Source of the DNA: Octopus vulgaris | Taxonomy: Eukaryota | Direction of reading: 5' to 3' | Length of the DNA stretch: 64,000 nucleotides | Assembly (NCBI GenBank): GCA_951406725.2 | Contig: OX597833.1 | Location: 3,100,001-3,164,000 of the forward strand | In this document: positions 1 to 12,664 of the stretch, in pieces | Position numbering within the stretch: the first letter of the stretch is position 1 | Layout of the letters: each line of letters begins with the position of its first letter | Position numbers and translations under genes: made by a program | The notes under the pieces: model-generated | The model's database searches: none | The model's input: the letters and a program-made list of their open reading frames with translations, nothing else | What the model was told of the DNA's origin: nothing

Positions 1-47
1 AATGAATTAGATGCTTTTTGTCAAGTAACTTATTCTATATATGCGTG

Positions 48-272
48 TGAGCTGGCAGAAACGTTAGCACGCCGGGCGAAATGCGTAGCCGTATTTCATC
101 TGTCGTTACGTTCCGAGTTCAAATTCCGCCGAGGTCGACTTTGCCTTTCATCCTTTCGGGGTCGATAAATTAAGTACCAGTTACGCACTGGGGTCGATGT
201 AATCGACTTAATCCGTTTGTCTGTCCTTGTTTGTCCCCTCTGTGTTTAGCTCCTTGTGGGAAGTAAAGAAAT
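48..272 (+). mobile_element. tRNA-derived SINE family A (Meta/MESC-like core); many copies in the window
   Basis: A/B-box-like head (TGGCAGAA..GTTAG; GAGTTCAAATTCC) plus core GCCTTTCATCCTTTCGGGGTCGATAAATTAAGTACCAG; domain name is from recall. Confidence 0.75.
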
Positions 273-289
273 ATATATATATGCGTGTT

Positions 290-768
290 TGTGTGTCAAG
301 TGATGTAGGTTATAAATATGTGTTAAACAATCTGGTTGATAAATGTGTGCATACACGTATGTGTGTGTGCGAATTGATCGGGCTTATTGTATGTGTATCA
401 AATGATCTGATGTGTCTACAAATATGTTTTGTTTTGATCTGGCTTCTGAATATGCATGTATGTTTGTACCAAATTGTCTGGCTTATACATAAATGTGTGA
501 CTCAAAAGACCTGATATATATATATATATATGTATACTGTGTGTCAAGTGATGTAGGTTATAAATATGTGTTAAACAATCTGGTTGATAAATGTGTGCAT
601 ACACGTATGTGTGTGTGTGCGAATTGATCGGGCTTATTGTATGTGTATCAAATGATCTGATGTGTCTACAAATATGTTTTGTTTTGATCTGGCTTCGAAA
701 TATGCATGTATGTTTGTACCAAATTGTCCCACCTTGTTTGTACATTTAAATGTGTTTACTCAAATGAC

Positions 769-780
<12 letters not shown>
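290..780. repeat. Tandem duplication, ~248-bp period, two copies
   Basis: TGTGTGTCAAGTGATGTAGGTTATAAATATG at 290 and 538. Confidence 0.9.
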
Positions 781-814
<34 letters not shown>

Positions 815-908
815 TTCAGCAAAATTTAGATTCAGATGAATATGGTACTTAAGTCTGAGGCAGCAGAATTTTGTATGGTATTCATATAAATCCATAGGGT
901 GATTATAA

Positions 909-1044
909 TCAAAATAAGCAACAAGTATATCTTAGCTAATTTGGTACAATCGTTTCATACTACCTCAATACTTACAATGTTTAATAAAATGAAATAGCAT
1001 GAAACGATTGTACCAAATTACCTAAGATATACTTGTTGCTTATT

Positions 1045-1048
<4 letters not shown>
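909..1048. repeat. ~54-bp inverted repeat between (TA)n tracts
   Basis: 909-962 pairs with 995-1048 with about 2 mismatches. Confidence 0.85.
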
Positions 1049-1097
<49 letters not shown>

Positions 1098-2051
1098 GTG
1101 TATATGTGTGTTAAATGATCTGGTATGTTTAAATGTATTTAATGCCATGACAACCAACATTGGAGATGAATCACAACTAGACGAAATCTCCAAGTGTTTT
1201 AAATGCACAAGTCTCCGATATCCAAGCATTTAAAAAGTGTCAGCAGCAAAGCACCCAAGAGTCATGACCTGGATGCAGCCCAGCCCCCTTAGAGTGTAAG
1301 AAGTTAAGGGCTGAAACACTTGCCTAAGGAAGGGGATTCTTCATTGAAGACCTTCTGCTGTTCAGCTCTCTTGAGAGTTCCTTACCACTGTAGGTAATGT
1401 CAGTTGATCTGGCTTTTGTTGTATGGAATTATCTGATTATGTAGATGGGTTGAGTGGTCTTGCTTATTAATATGCATGTGTATCAAGCAACCTGAATCAT
1501 TTCTGTGTTCTGTGGCCCCAAAAGCCTGTCTGCATCAGTAATGCTCATTTATCCAGACTCTGTAAACCTGTATAATCCAAGCTCTATGCTTCTGTAAACC
1601 AGATGGTGCAAACCTCTCTCTAATCCGTAATGTGTATGTCTTTAAGAGCTAAACTCTCTAAGCCTCTATAATCCAGACTGCATGTGCTTCTGTGGCCCCT
1701 AACTTTGCATGCCCCTGTATTCCAGGACATATGTGTCCTGCAATCAACACGGGGTTGATTTCTTTGCAATCTCCACTGTATAGGACTTAGCAGTCCCCTC
1801 TGTGTGTGTCCTTGTGGTTTAGGCTGTGCGAGTACATTATCCAACTGTGATCCAGACCCCTAATGTCTATGGTCCACACACACACACATATATGTATGTG
1901 TTTGTATATATCATCATGTTTTAGGGGGCAAATGCACTTTCACACACGTGTGTGTATGTATGTATATATATTTATATATATATATGTATGTATATATATA
2001 TGTATGAATGTATATATATATATGATATTATTGTCATTATTATTATCATTA

Positions 2052-2093
<42 letters not shown>

Positions 2094-4914
2094 CATCATT
2101 GTTGTTAGTCAATGAACTTGTCACGAGATAAGCTGTTTTTGTTAAATACCTTTGTTGACAATTTTTTGTAAAAAAAAGTCCCCCACCCCCCCAAGCCATT
2201 TTATGCTGCTGCACCATTTTTTTGTTTTTGTTTTAACCATGAGCATGCAACCCCAAGCAGTTCCATCTTTTCTCCGCCCCCCCACACCAATTGAACCTCC
2301 AAATAACCAACTCACCCTCTACACGCTGACCATTGTCCACTTCAACATTTTACCCTCCTGCAAAATATTCCAGCTTCAAACCCAAGTCAGTCCATTCATG
2401 ACCACTTCTTTGAATATTGTCATGCAAATTCATTCCCCCACCTTTTTTTTTTTCTGCTTTTAATTTACTCTTTTACTTGTTTCAGTCATTTGACTGCGGC
2501 CATGCTGGAGCACCGCCTTTAGTCAGGCAAATCGACTCCAGGACTTATTCTTTCTAAGCCCAGTACTTATTCTATCGGTCTCTTTTGCCGAACCGCTAAG
2601 TTACGGGTACGTAAACACACCAGCATCGGTTGTCAAGCAATGCTAGGGGGACAAACACAGACACACAAACACACAAACATACACACATATATACATATAT
2701 ACGACCGGCTTCTTTCAGTTTCCGTCTACCAAATCCACTCACAAGGTTTTGGTCTGCCCATGTGGTTGGTTAGCAAGCTACTTACCACACAGTCACTCCT
2801 GCGCCTGTTCATTTAAATTAAATTTTTCCTTCATAGTTTTGTCAAAAACTCTTTCTTTATGTTCTTAACGGTGATTTAATATTGACGAAAGACGAAACCC
2901 TTCTAAGTTCAGGACTTTTTCAGAAAGACTTTGGGTGTATTTCATTAGGAATATGGTCATAAAAGGCTTGAGCAAACTTTCCAAAGACTTATCTGGGTGG
3001 ATGGGTGGCTGAATGGGGTCTGGTGATGGCGCATAACCAAATGGTTAGGATGTTGCCCTCGTGATCACAAGGTCATGGTTTCAATTCTTAGCAATGGCTG
3101 TGTATATTGTATTCTTAAGTGAACCACTTCATAAAAGCATAGCAGCATTGAAAAGTATGTAAATAAGTCACTTTACTGGTGTGTCTTGAAGTGAATACTG
3201 CTTTAAGTAATAGCTTATACTATATTGTATTAAAAAGGCAGAGAGCTGGCAGAAACGTTAGCATGCCAGGCGAAATACTTAGCAATATTTCATCTGTCTT
3301 TATGTTCTGAGTTCAAATTCCGCCGAGGTCGACTTTGCCTTTCATCCTTTTAGGGTCGATTAAATAAGTACCAGTTGCATACTGAGTTTGATCTAATCTA
3401 GGGTAGAAAAGAATATATTGGATTAGAAACCCCTGAAACAGAAAAGTGATGGAAAGTTACTTGCAGGGTTTGAACCATGAAATTCTTTGTAACCATGGCA
3501 GGTGCGTCACCAAGTGGACCAAAGTAATGCCATTGAATTACATACTTTTAACCTCACAAATGTGTAAGTTTACATCTACAACACGAGTGTAGAAGTATTG
3601 TGAAATATGTAAATAAGTCATTTAACAGGGTGTCTTGACATGTATAATAGTTTATAATATACTTGGTTAAAAACCCTTGAATAATAAAAAGGGTGAAAGC
3701 TATTTGCGGGCACTTGGACCACACCATATATGTGTAATCAGAATATGCATAGTTTGGGTCCTGCATGTAGTTTTTGCCTTTCTCCCATCGAAGGGTTTTT
3801 TACTTTTTCTGCATATTTAGAATGCAAGGGTGACCAGGTAGATAGGTGTGTGTACCCAATAACTAACACTGGAGTATCTGGAAGCTAAGTATGTTGTCTC
3901 TGTCTTGCAGAAAAAAAAAATCACAAATCAAATTTCATAAATATGAATAAGTTTGTTCACCCTGGGGCTGATGTGAATTTAGACTGTTTTTTTTTTTTGC
4001 TTTAAAGGCAAATACAAATGGAATCTTTACTGATCGTGTCAAGGGGCCTTTATGAGACATTAAAATTCAAATGTTCCCCTTCTGGCATAAAATTTTATTA
4101 GTTGTCAGATTGGCAGCTGGGCAGGGTTAAGTTTTGACTGTTCGTATCCTGCTCCCACTGGCATTTGTGTTGCTTGTGTGAGGGGCCACTCCAGACTGTG
4201 TAGGGAACAACTTGCTGTAGTTTACAGCAATGGCAACACTGTGACAACAAGAATGGTTGGCAAGTGTCTTTTTTGTTGTTGTTGTTGTTGTTGTTTAACC
4301 CTGGGTCAGGTATAGTCTGGAAGCATTGCTGAAATTATGATCAATCAAGTATCACCTGTGACCATGTCATCATTGTTCCCACCACGACCACCTCCACTGC
4401 TACACACATCTTTATATTTTTTTTAAAGATGGTAGAGTGTAATTTGAGGGAGATTTGGTTGCTATTTCTTGCTGCTTAAAAAACAGGGGACTCCCGACCT
4501 AGGCTTCTCAAAGGAAAATTAGGGGTTCCTTGAGCTGAATTGAAAAGGTGCCATGGGGGCAACACCTTCCAAAGGCCTCAGGTTCTGTGAGAAAATCCAT
4601 TTAAATCAAAGAGCAGAAGCCATTGATAATACTAAAGGTTTTGTTAGTTTGCAGTCACGGGTTCAAGCCCTCTTGTTGCTTGTGTATATAATATTGCTAG
4701 TTTAGAAGGTGGAGGGTTTGGCCTATACTAACTAGGTTCAGTGCATGAGGACTAAAATACCAGCACTGACCTTTACAAGTGGATTCTTGCAAACTTAGCA
4801 ACGTTCCTCAGCAAGAACAATGACATTTACTTATTAAAACACCCTCAACCCATTACACACACACACACGCACTTCGCCCCTCCCCCCTCCTTCCTTTATG
4901 TCTCCTATATTATC

Positions 4915-5503
4915 TGGCAGAATCATTAGCGCGCCAGGCGAAATGCTTAGCGGTATTTCGTCTGTCGTTACTTTCTGAATTCAAATTCCACTGAGGTTGA
5001 CTTTGCCTTTCATCCTTTCGGGGTCGATAAATTAAGTACCAGTTACGCACTGGGGTCGATGTAATCGACTTAATCCCTTTGTCTGTCCTTCTTTGTCCCC
5101 TCTGTGTTTAGTCCCTTGTGGGTAGTAAAGAAATAGGTATTTCGTCTGCTGTTACATTCTGAGTTCAAATTCCACTGAGGTCGACTTTGCCTTTCATCCT
5201 TTCGGGGTCGATTAAATAAGTACCAGCATCACACTGGGGTCGATGTAATCGACTTAATCCCTTTGTCTGTCCTTGTTTGTCCCCGCTGTGTTTAGCCCCT
5301 TGTGGGTAGTAAAGAAATAGGTATTTCATCTGTTGTTACGTTCTGAGTCCAAATTCCGCCGAGGTCGACTTTGCCATTCATCATTACGGGATCGATAAAA
5401 TAAGTATCAGTTGACCGTTGGGGTTGATGTAATCGACTTAATCCCTTTGTCTATCCTTGTTTGTCCCCTCTATGTTTAGCCCCTTGTGGGTAGTAAAGAA
5501 ATA
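4915..5503 (+). mobile_element. SINE family A, head-to-tail trimer (~184-bp period)
   Basis: Three consecutive bodies, each ending GTAAAGAAATA. Confidence 0.8.
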
Positions 5504-5654
5504 TATATCATCTAATATTCGTGGTTTTTCCTCAGCCACCCACAATCCTTCCTCACACACAATATATATTTTTCTTGTTTTGAGTATTGATATCCTTTGA
5601 CCGTTCTTCACATTCCAGACTTCTCTTAGAAAGGTTCAAACTCACACATACACA

Positions 5655-6065
5655 CACTGTTCATCTTGTTGTTGTCACTGATGACCAAGGTCATCACATG
5701 GGAGAAAAAGACAAGCCACGGTGTGTCCAGCTATGGTCAATCCTCCAATATTTATTCGGAAGGGCTCTGCCCCAGACTGGGCACTGGTGGTCTGCTGGGA
5801 CTTGCACAGTTTGCATTTTCCTTGTATCCCTGCAATCCGGTTCTGTTCGCAGGAGGTGGCATCTCTTTCAATGCAGCTTTGCCAGGCAGGGTGGCTCTTG
5901 GGCCTGTGTTTCCCCAGGTTTCAGGGTTGATCCCAAAGCTCTCCTGTGAGGTTTTGAGTTTATCCCTGAAGCATTTTTCCTGTCCACCTTGCATGCGTTT
6001 GCCTTTTGCCACTTGACGAGTCATGTGTCAGGCATTCAAACAAGGTGGCCTGCTTACCTGACTTG
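5655..6065 (-). mobile_element. RTE (BovB-like) LINE 3' fragment, degenerate
   Basis: GKRMQGGQEKCFRDKLKTSQESFGINPETW resembles the RTE C-terminal motif GKR..GGQ.KRFKD.LK. Confidence 0.7.
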
Positions 6066-6305
6066 CCACCTCCTCACACACACACATATGTACAGTCCAT
6101 TCCTCCCAGCTTCACTCCCAAGGTGACAAGAAGGGTTTGTCTTTTTCTTATCAGGGTTCAGTTGCTTGGACGAACAAATATTTATTAGGGGTCTGCTTAT
6201 CCATAAGGATATCAATTGCTGTACTAACACGTCATAGTATTACTAAGATCTGGTGCTGAGGAGGTGTGAATTGATGATGTCCTCTGCTCTGGGTCCTTAT
6301 ATTAA

Positions 6306-6527
6306 CCCTTTCGTTACCAACCCGGCTGAAACCGACTCTGGTTTTGTTGTACAAGTATTTTGTTTTCTTAAGTTCTGACTTAAAATCTTCCACCAAACCT
6401 TAGTCAGAATTTGTGTTCCTAACACTAGTTTAATGATAACTAAATTATTTTACTAAATTCTTTGTTACATTTAAAATGAATTGGAAGAAACACAGAGCAT
6501 CTCAAAATAAATACAGTAACGAAAGGG
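6306..6527. mobile_element. piggyBac-type MITE
   Basis: TTAA|CCCTTTCGTTAC ... GTAACGAAAGGG|TTAA: 12-bp TIRs with TTAA TSD. Confidence 0.85.
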
Positions 6528-7286
6528 TTAAACCATCAGGTCAGTAATGAGCCTAATTATTAATTATTAAATGAATGACACAGTTTTTTCCCTTCTGTTT
6601 TTTTTTTTGTTTTTTTTCTTTCTTTGTTTTTTTTGCAATTTCTAAAATCTATCAGATATTAAGAAAAACAAAAATGAGAATTTAAAAGGAAATTTGGCAA
6701 GGGTGGGCAGGATGGTAAAAAAAAAACAATAAAAAAATGGTGTTTAAAATATTTCAATTTAGTTCACACCACCTCAGACTCCACTTTCAAACCTCCCCTT
6801 CAACCCCCTTTCCTCACCTGTGACCGGCCTGACCTCACTTCTAACCCTCGAGTTTCTCATTTGTCAGTGTGTCTGTAAGTGCAACCAAACATTAAAAAGA
6901 TCAAAAAACAGTCTGCAAAAGTGCATTGCAACTGCAGCATCCTATATAAAGTATTCTTGGAAATGAATTTTACCCCACTATCCACAATTAATGTGTGCCA
7001 AAAAAACAACCACAACAACAACAACAATAATAATAATAATAATAATAATAATAATCCTTTCTATTAAAGGCACGAGGCCTGAAAAGTTGTGGGAGGAGAC
7101 TAGTCGGTTATATCGACCCCCAATATTTCACTGGTACTCAATTTATTGACCCCTGAAAGGATGAAAGGCAAAGTTGACCTCAGTGGTATTTGAACTCACA
7201 ATGTAAACACGGAAGAAATGCAGCTAAACATTACGCCTGGCATTGCTAACAATTCTGCCAGCTCACCACCATAATAATAATAATAA

Positions 7287-7625
7287 CGTGTCTCTAAAAG
7301 AAATGGAGAAACTTTCAAAATACAAAGACCTGGAAATAGAGGTAACCAGAATGTGGAATCTAAAAACAGAAACAATTCCTATCATAGTGGGTGCATTAGG
7401 CATGATAAAAAAATATTCAGACAAATACATAACAAAAACACCAGGACTTACAAACACATATAACATACAGAAAATTGCACTACTAGGCACTGCACACATC
7501 CTACGCAGAACACTTTCCATACAATAACCATCAGAGCATCACAACAAATCACAGCACATACCCAAGGCACACAGAGCTGTGCTCGGTAGTGAAGTGAAAG
7601 CATGCTATAAAAATAAAACTACTGA
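7287..7625 (+). mobile_element. R4/Dong-like (restriction-like endonuclease) LINE 3' end in a (TAA)n tract
   Basis: KEMEKLSKYKDLEIEVTRMW...IPIIVGALG...IQKIALLGTAHILRR is the RLE C-terminus; flanked by TAA repeats. Confidence 0.8.
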
Positions 7626-7677
7626 ATAATAATAATAATAATAATAATTTTATTATTATCATTAGTATTATTATTAC

Positions 7678-7883
7678 TTAGGTTGGTGCATAATTATTGC
7701 GGCTTTTTAACAATAAATTTTATTCAATGAAAACAATGACAACATTTAACAAAAAACATCTTTAAATGATTATTCTGGAGCATATTCACCATCTACTTCA
7801 ATTTCTGCTTGGTATTTTGTTTGAATTTTTTTGTTGAATAAAATTTATCGAGAAAAAGCCACAATAATTATGCACCAACCTAA
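7678..7883. mobile_element. Mariner-derived MITE
   Basis: ~31-bp TIRs TTAGGTTGGTGCATAATTATTGCGGCTTTTT / AAAAAGCCACAATAATTATGCACCAACCTAA. Confidence 0.8.
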
Positions 7884-7907
7884 TAATAATAATAATAATA
7901 ATAATCA

Positions 7908-8310
7908 TGATAATAAAGAGTTTAACAAGTTCAGAAAATATAAAGACCTACTCATTGAAATTGAGAAAATGTGGCATCTCAAGGCGGTTACAATACCAGT
8001 GATCGTAGGAGCACTAGGAATGATCAAGAAGGGAACCAAAAATTATATGAGAATGATCCCTGGCTTACCATCCCTGCAAGAAGTGCAAAAGATTGTCTTA
8101 ACTGGTACATCACACGTATTGAGAAGAGCATTGTCGATGTGAGAACTATTACTACCCATGTATTTTAATTTAACTTAAAAAAAAAAAAAAAGAATGAACT
8201 AGTGAGTTTAGTTTAATGGCCTACCAATGTATACTATAAGTTTCTTTGCCCTAGGAGTTGGGAAGACACTCGGCAAGAAATGGAAGCAAATTTGAAAGAA
8301 GGAAAAAAAA
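7908..8310 (+). mobile_element. Second R4/Dong-like LINE 3' end (different family)
   Basis: KEFNKFRKYKDLLIEIEKMW...IPVIVGALG...VQKIVLTGTSHVLRRAL; flanked by TAA repeats; different 3' tail. Confidence 0.8.
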
Positions 8311-8950
8311 AATAATGATAATAATAATAATGATGATAATAATGTTTCAAATTTTGATCCAAGGCCAGCAATTTGTGGGGAGGGGCAAAGTTGATAGCAT
8401 CAACCCCAGTACATAACTGGTACTTATTTTGTCCCCCGCCCCCCCCCCCCGCTCCCTAAAAGGATGAAAGACTAAATCAAGTTTGGCCGAAGTGTTAGCA
8501 CGCTGGGCGAAATACTTAATGGTATTTTGTTTGTCTTTACGTTCTGAGTTCAAATTCCACTGAGGTCAACTTTGCCTTTTATCCTTTCGGGGTTGATAAA
8601 TTAAGTACCAGTTGCATACTGGGGTCAATTGAATTGGCTGCCCCGCTCCCCAAAAATTTCAGGCCTTGTGCCTAGAGTAGAAACAAATATTTAGTCATTT
8701 TTTTTGAAATCCATGTATAACACAGAAGTAATATGTAAGTATGCTTTGTAGCATTTCATCCGACTTTAGGTCCTGAGTTCAAATTCTGCTGAGATCGACT
8801 TTGGTTTTCGTTCTTTCAGGGGTTGATAAAATAATTACCAGTTCAGCAGTGGGAGGGGTGGGTCGATGTAATTGACTCATCCCCTCCCCACCCGAAAAAT
8901 TGCTACTTTTGTGGTAAAATTTGAAACCATTATTATTATTACTATTATTA

Positions 8951-9012
<62 letters not shown>

Positions 9013-9227
9013 GCGAGCTGGCAGAATCATTAGCACACCAGACAAAAAAACACTTAGCGGTATTTCATCTGTCTTTACGTTCAGAGTTCAAATTCCACCA
9101 AGGTCAGCTCTGCCTTTCATCTTTTTTCAGGATCGATGAATTAAGTACCAGGCAAGTACTGGTGGGTCAATGTGATCAACTAGTCCCCACCCCCTTGTAC
9201 CTTCAGTAGAAAGGATTATTATTATTA

Positions 9228-9265
<38 letters not shown>

Positions 9266-9460
9266 GTATCCAATGTTACTCAAGCATGTAATTCCATTGA
9301 GTTTTATTATCATGTCCTTGCTCCCCCCCTCTTCCTTATTACATCCCAAATAAATTTTCACAATTGTATAAAAAAGAAAAGAAAGCGAAATAATGCTCTA
9401 TGTATATTTTCTCTATTATCAAGCTTTTGTTGCTTTATTTTTGTTTCTTGTTTATATATG

Positions 9461-9491
<31 letters not shown>

Positions 9492-9546
9492 ATACATATA
9501 CACATACATTTATATATGCACACAGATATACGTATATAAATGGATA

Positions 9547-9582
<36 letters not shown>

Positions 9583-10043
9583 CTTGTATGTGTCTATATA
9601 TATACATACATATTTATATGCATATATATGTATATATGTTTACACATATTCATATACGCTCACACAACATATAAAATATGTATGCCCAGAAAATGTAAAT
9701 GCATCTATATATGCAGATATACACACATATATGTGTGTGTGTATATATATTTTATTTTGGGATTTGGTTTGCAAGATTCTTTATGTGAGTTTGTGTGTTG
9801 AAGCATATTTTGTTGTGTCTGGGGAGAGTCATTCTCTTTTGGAGCTTTATTATTATTTAACACACTCACTGGTGAGTGACTATTGAAGTGGTTGCAAGAT
9901 GCAACGAAAATTTTGGAAAAAATAAATAAGTAAATGAGTGGAAATCAAACCAGTGAGTGTGTTAAATAATAGGGCACTACAAGAAAATGACCCTCCCCAG
10001 ACACAATAATATACATATATATATATGTGTGTGTGTGTGTAAC

Positions 10044-10092
<49 letters not shown>

Positions 10093-10539
10093 ATGTATAT
10101 ATATATATGTATGTATATGTATATATATATATGTATGTATATGTATATATATATATACATACACATGCACACACACATGTAAATGTGTGCACACATTTAT
10201 ATGTGTATATGATACACACCTATATATCCATACATACATGTATACATATATGCTGACGCATGCATTTTCACACACATACACACACATATAATTACATTAT
10301 TTGTGGCATTGTACCAGTGTAATAAATAAATAAATGAATAAATAAATAAATTAGAAAATGAATTTTTTTGTTTTTAAATGTAAAAAAAGAAAATGTGAAA
10401 AATTTTTTTTAAAAATAAAAAGGAAAAGAAAAGAAAACCCTGAGAAACTCCCCAAATCTGCTTTTTCAAGGAAAATGGTCAAATTGCAGACTGGAACAGT
10501 TGCTGCCTCCGCTGAGAATCAGGAATAAAATATAATGGG

Positions 10540-10935
10540 GGAGTGGCTGTGTGGTAAGTAGCTTGCTAACCAACCACATGGTTCCGGGTTCAATCCCACT
10601 GCGTGGCATCTTGGGCAGGTGTCTTCTGCTATAGCCCCGGGCCGACCAATGCCTTGTGAGTGGATTTGGTAGACGGAAGCTGAAAGAAGCCTGTTGTATA
10701 TATATATATATATGTATGTGTGTGTATATGTTTGTGTGTCTGTGTTTGTCCCCCTAGCATTGCTTGACAACCGATGCTGGTGTGTTTATGTCCCCGTCAC
10801 TTAGCGGTTCGGCAAAAGAGACCGATAGAATAAGTACTGGGCTTACAAAGAATAAGTCCCGGGGTCAATTTGCTTGACTAAAGGCAGTGCTCCAGCATAG
10901 CCGCAGTCAAATGACTGAAACAAGTAAAAGAGTAA
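10540..10935 (+). mobile_element. tRNA-derived SINE family B (CORE-like TTGGGCAAGTGTCTT; internal (TA)/(TG) microsatellite)
   Basis: Head GGAGTGGCTGTGTGGTAAG..GGTTCAATCCC; other copies near 2465-2805(-), 17920-18328(-), 33012-33362(-), 51480-51858(+), 55075-55458(-), 56968-57342(+). Confidence 0.75.
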
Positions 10936-11189
10936 ACCAAATCACCAGCAACTGGTTGGCTGTTTCTTTGTCTTTTTTTTAATTTCAGTTATTAGACTGT
11001 GGCCATGCTGGGGCAGCACCTCGAGGAATTTTTTTGGTTGAATGAATCAACTTCTGGTACTTATTTTTAGTGAAGGTTGATACTTACTCCGTCGGTCTCT
11101 TTTGCTGAACTGCTAAATCACGGGGGATGGGAACACACCAACACCGGTTGTCGAGTAGTGACCAGGCACAAATACAGAAAGAAAGGCAC

Positions 11190-12066
11190 AGAGACTTCAG
11201 ACTTGAAATCTTCAAAGCCACAGTCAACCAATTCTACTATATGGCTCAGAAACCTGGACGTTATCAAAGAAGCTTGAGAGGCGGTTGGATGGAACCTACA
11301 CTCGCCTCCTTATGAGAGCTCAAAATCTCTCGTGGAGGCGCCATCCAACCAAAATGCAAATATATGGGAAACTACCACCTGTGTCATCTCTTGTGAAAGA
11401 TAGGAGAGTCCAGTTTGCTGGACATTGTTGTAGAGCTGAAGAAGAAGTAATTTCTACTCTTCTCCTCTGGAAGCCATCTACTCGCGATACCAGAGGGCGC
11501 ACTCTCCTACCCTGATGTAATCTCCAGGGATACAGGCATCCAGCAACAGGACCTCCGTAATGCTATGATGGACCGTGAAGTCTGGCGTAGCATGGTAAAT
11601 TCCATTGTCTCGACCAGAAGAGTCCAGTTTGCTGGACATTGTTGTAGAGCTGAAAACAAGGTAATTTCTACTCTTCTCCTCTGGAAGCCATCTACTCGCA
11701 ATACCAGAGGGCGCACACTCTCCTACCCTGATGTAATCTCCAGGGATACAGGCATCCAGCAACAGGACCTCCGTAATGCCATGATGGACCGTGAAGTCTG
11801 GCGTAGCATGGTAAATTCCATTGTCTCGACCAGAAGAGTCCAGTTTGCTGGACATTGTTGTAGAGCTGAAAACAAGGTAATTTCTACTCTTCTCCTCTGG
11901 AAGCCATCTACTCGCAATACCAGAGGGCGCACACTCTCCTACCCTGATGTAATCTCCAGGGATACAGGTATCCAGCAACAGGACCTCCGTAATGCCATGA
12001 TGGACCGTGAAGTCTGGCGTAGCATGGTAAATTCCATTGTCTCGACCACGGTCAAACAATGATGAT
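11190..12066 (+). mobile_element. RTE-group LINE 3' fragment with a triplicated 216-bp terminal segment
   Basis: LLYGSETWT, LDGTYTRLL, FAGHCCR, MMDREVWR motifs; (TGA)n tail; units at 11402, 11616, 11832. Confidence 0.85.
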
Positions 12067-12664
12067 GTTGATGTGCCTGTGTAAATATGTAAATATATAC
12101 AGTAATCCCTCGACATATCGCGGTCTATTATTTAAGCTCACGTCAATCCCTCCGTTCTGTTGTTTTGCATTTATGATAAAATAAATATATACAATAAAAA
12201 TAAATAAATGCGCCCTTTTAAAGCCTAGCCAGGCTCATGGGCCCGGTTTCCTGGTTTCAATGGTGTGTGTCCCCAGCTGAACCGCTAAGTTACAGGGACG
12301 TAAACACACCAGCATCAGTTGTCAAGCGATGTGGGGACAAACACACACATGTACATATATACGACGAGCTTCTTTCTGTTTCTGTTCTACCAAATCCACT
12401 CAAAAGGCTATGGTTGGCCCGAGGCTATAGTAGAAGACACTTGCCCAAGGTGCCACGCAGTGAGACTGAACCCGGAACCATGTGGTTGGTAAACAAGCTA
12501 CTTACCACATGTTTCAGACATCCTGTATTATGCTGTATTACTTCATTCTTTTGAAGTTGATCAAATATGTACCAGTTAAGCATTGGTGTCACTGTAATCA
12601 ACCAGCTCCCTACACCAAAATGGTCAAGTTCTATGCCTTTAGTAGAAAGAAATTATTATTACTA

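Noticed and set aside
48-135. tRNA genes at SINE heads
   Set aside because: A/B-box-like motifs only, no complete cloverleaf, and always followed by SINE bodies
9400-10287. Long YI/CV/HT-rich ORFs (also 1033, 1863, 24551-25263, 26750-27651)
   Set aside because: Translations of (TA)/(TG)/(CA) microsatellites
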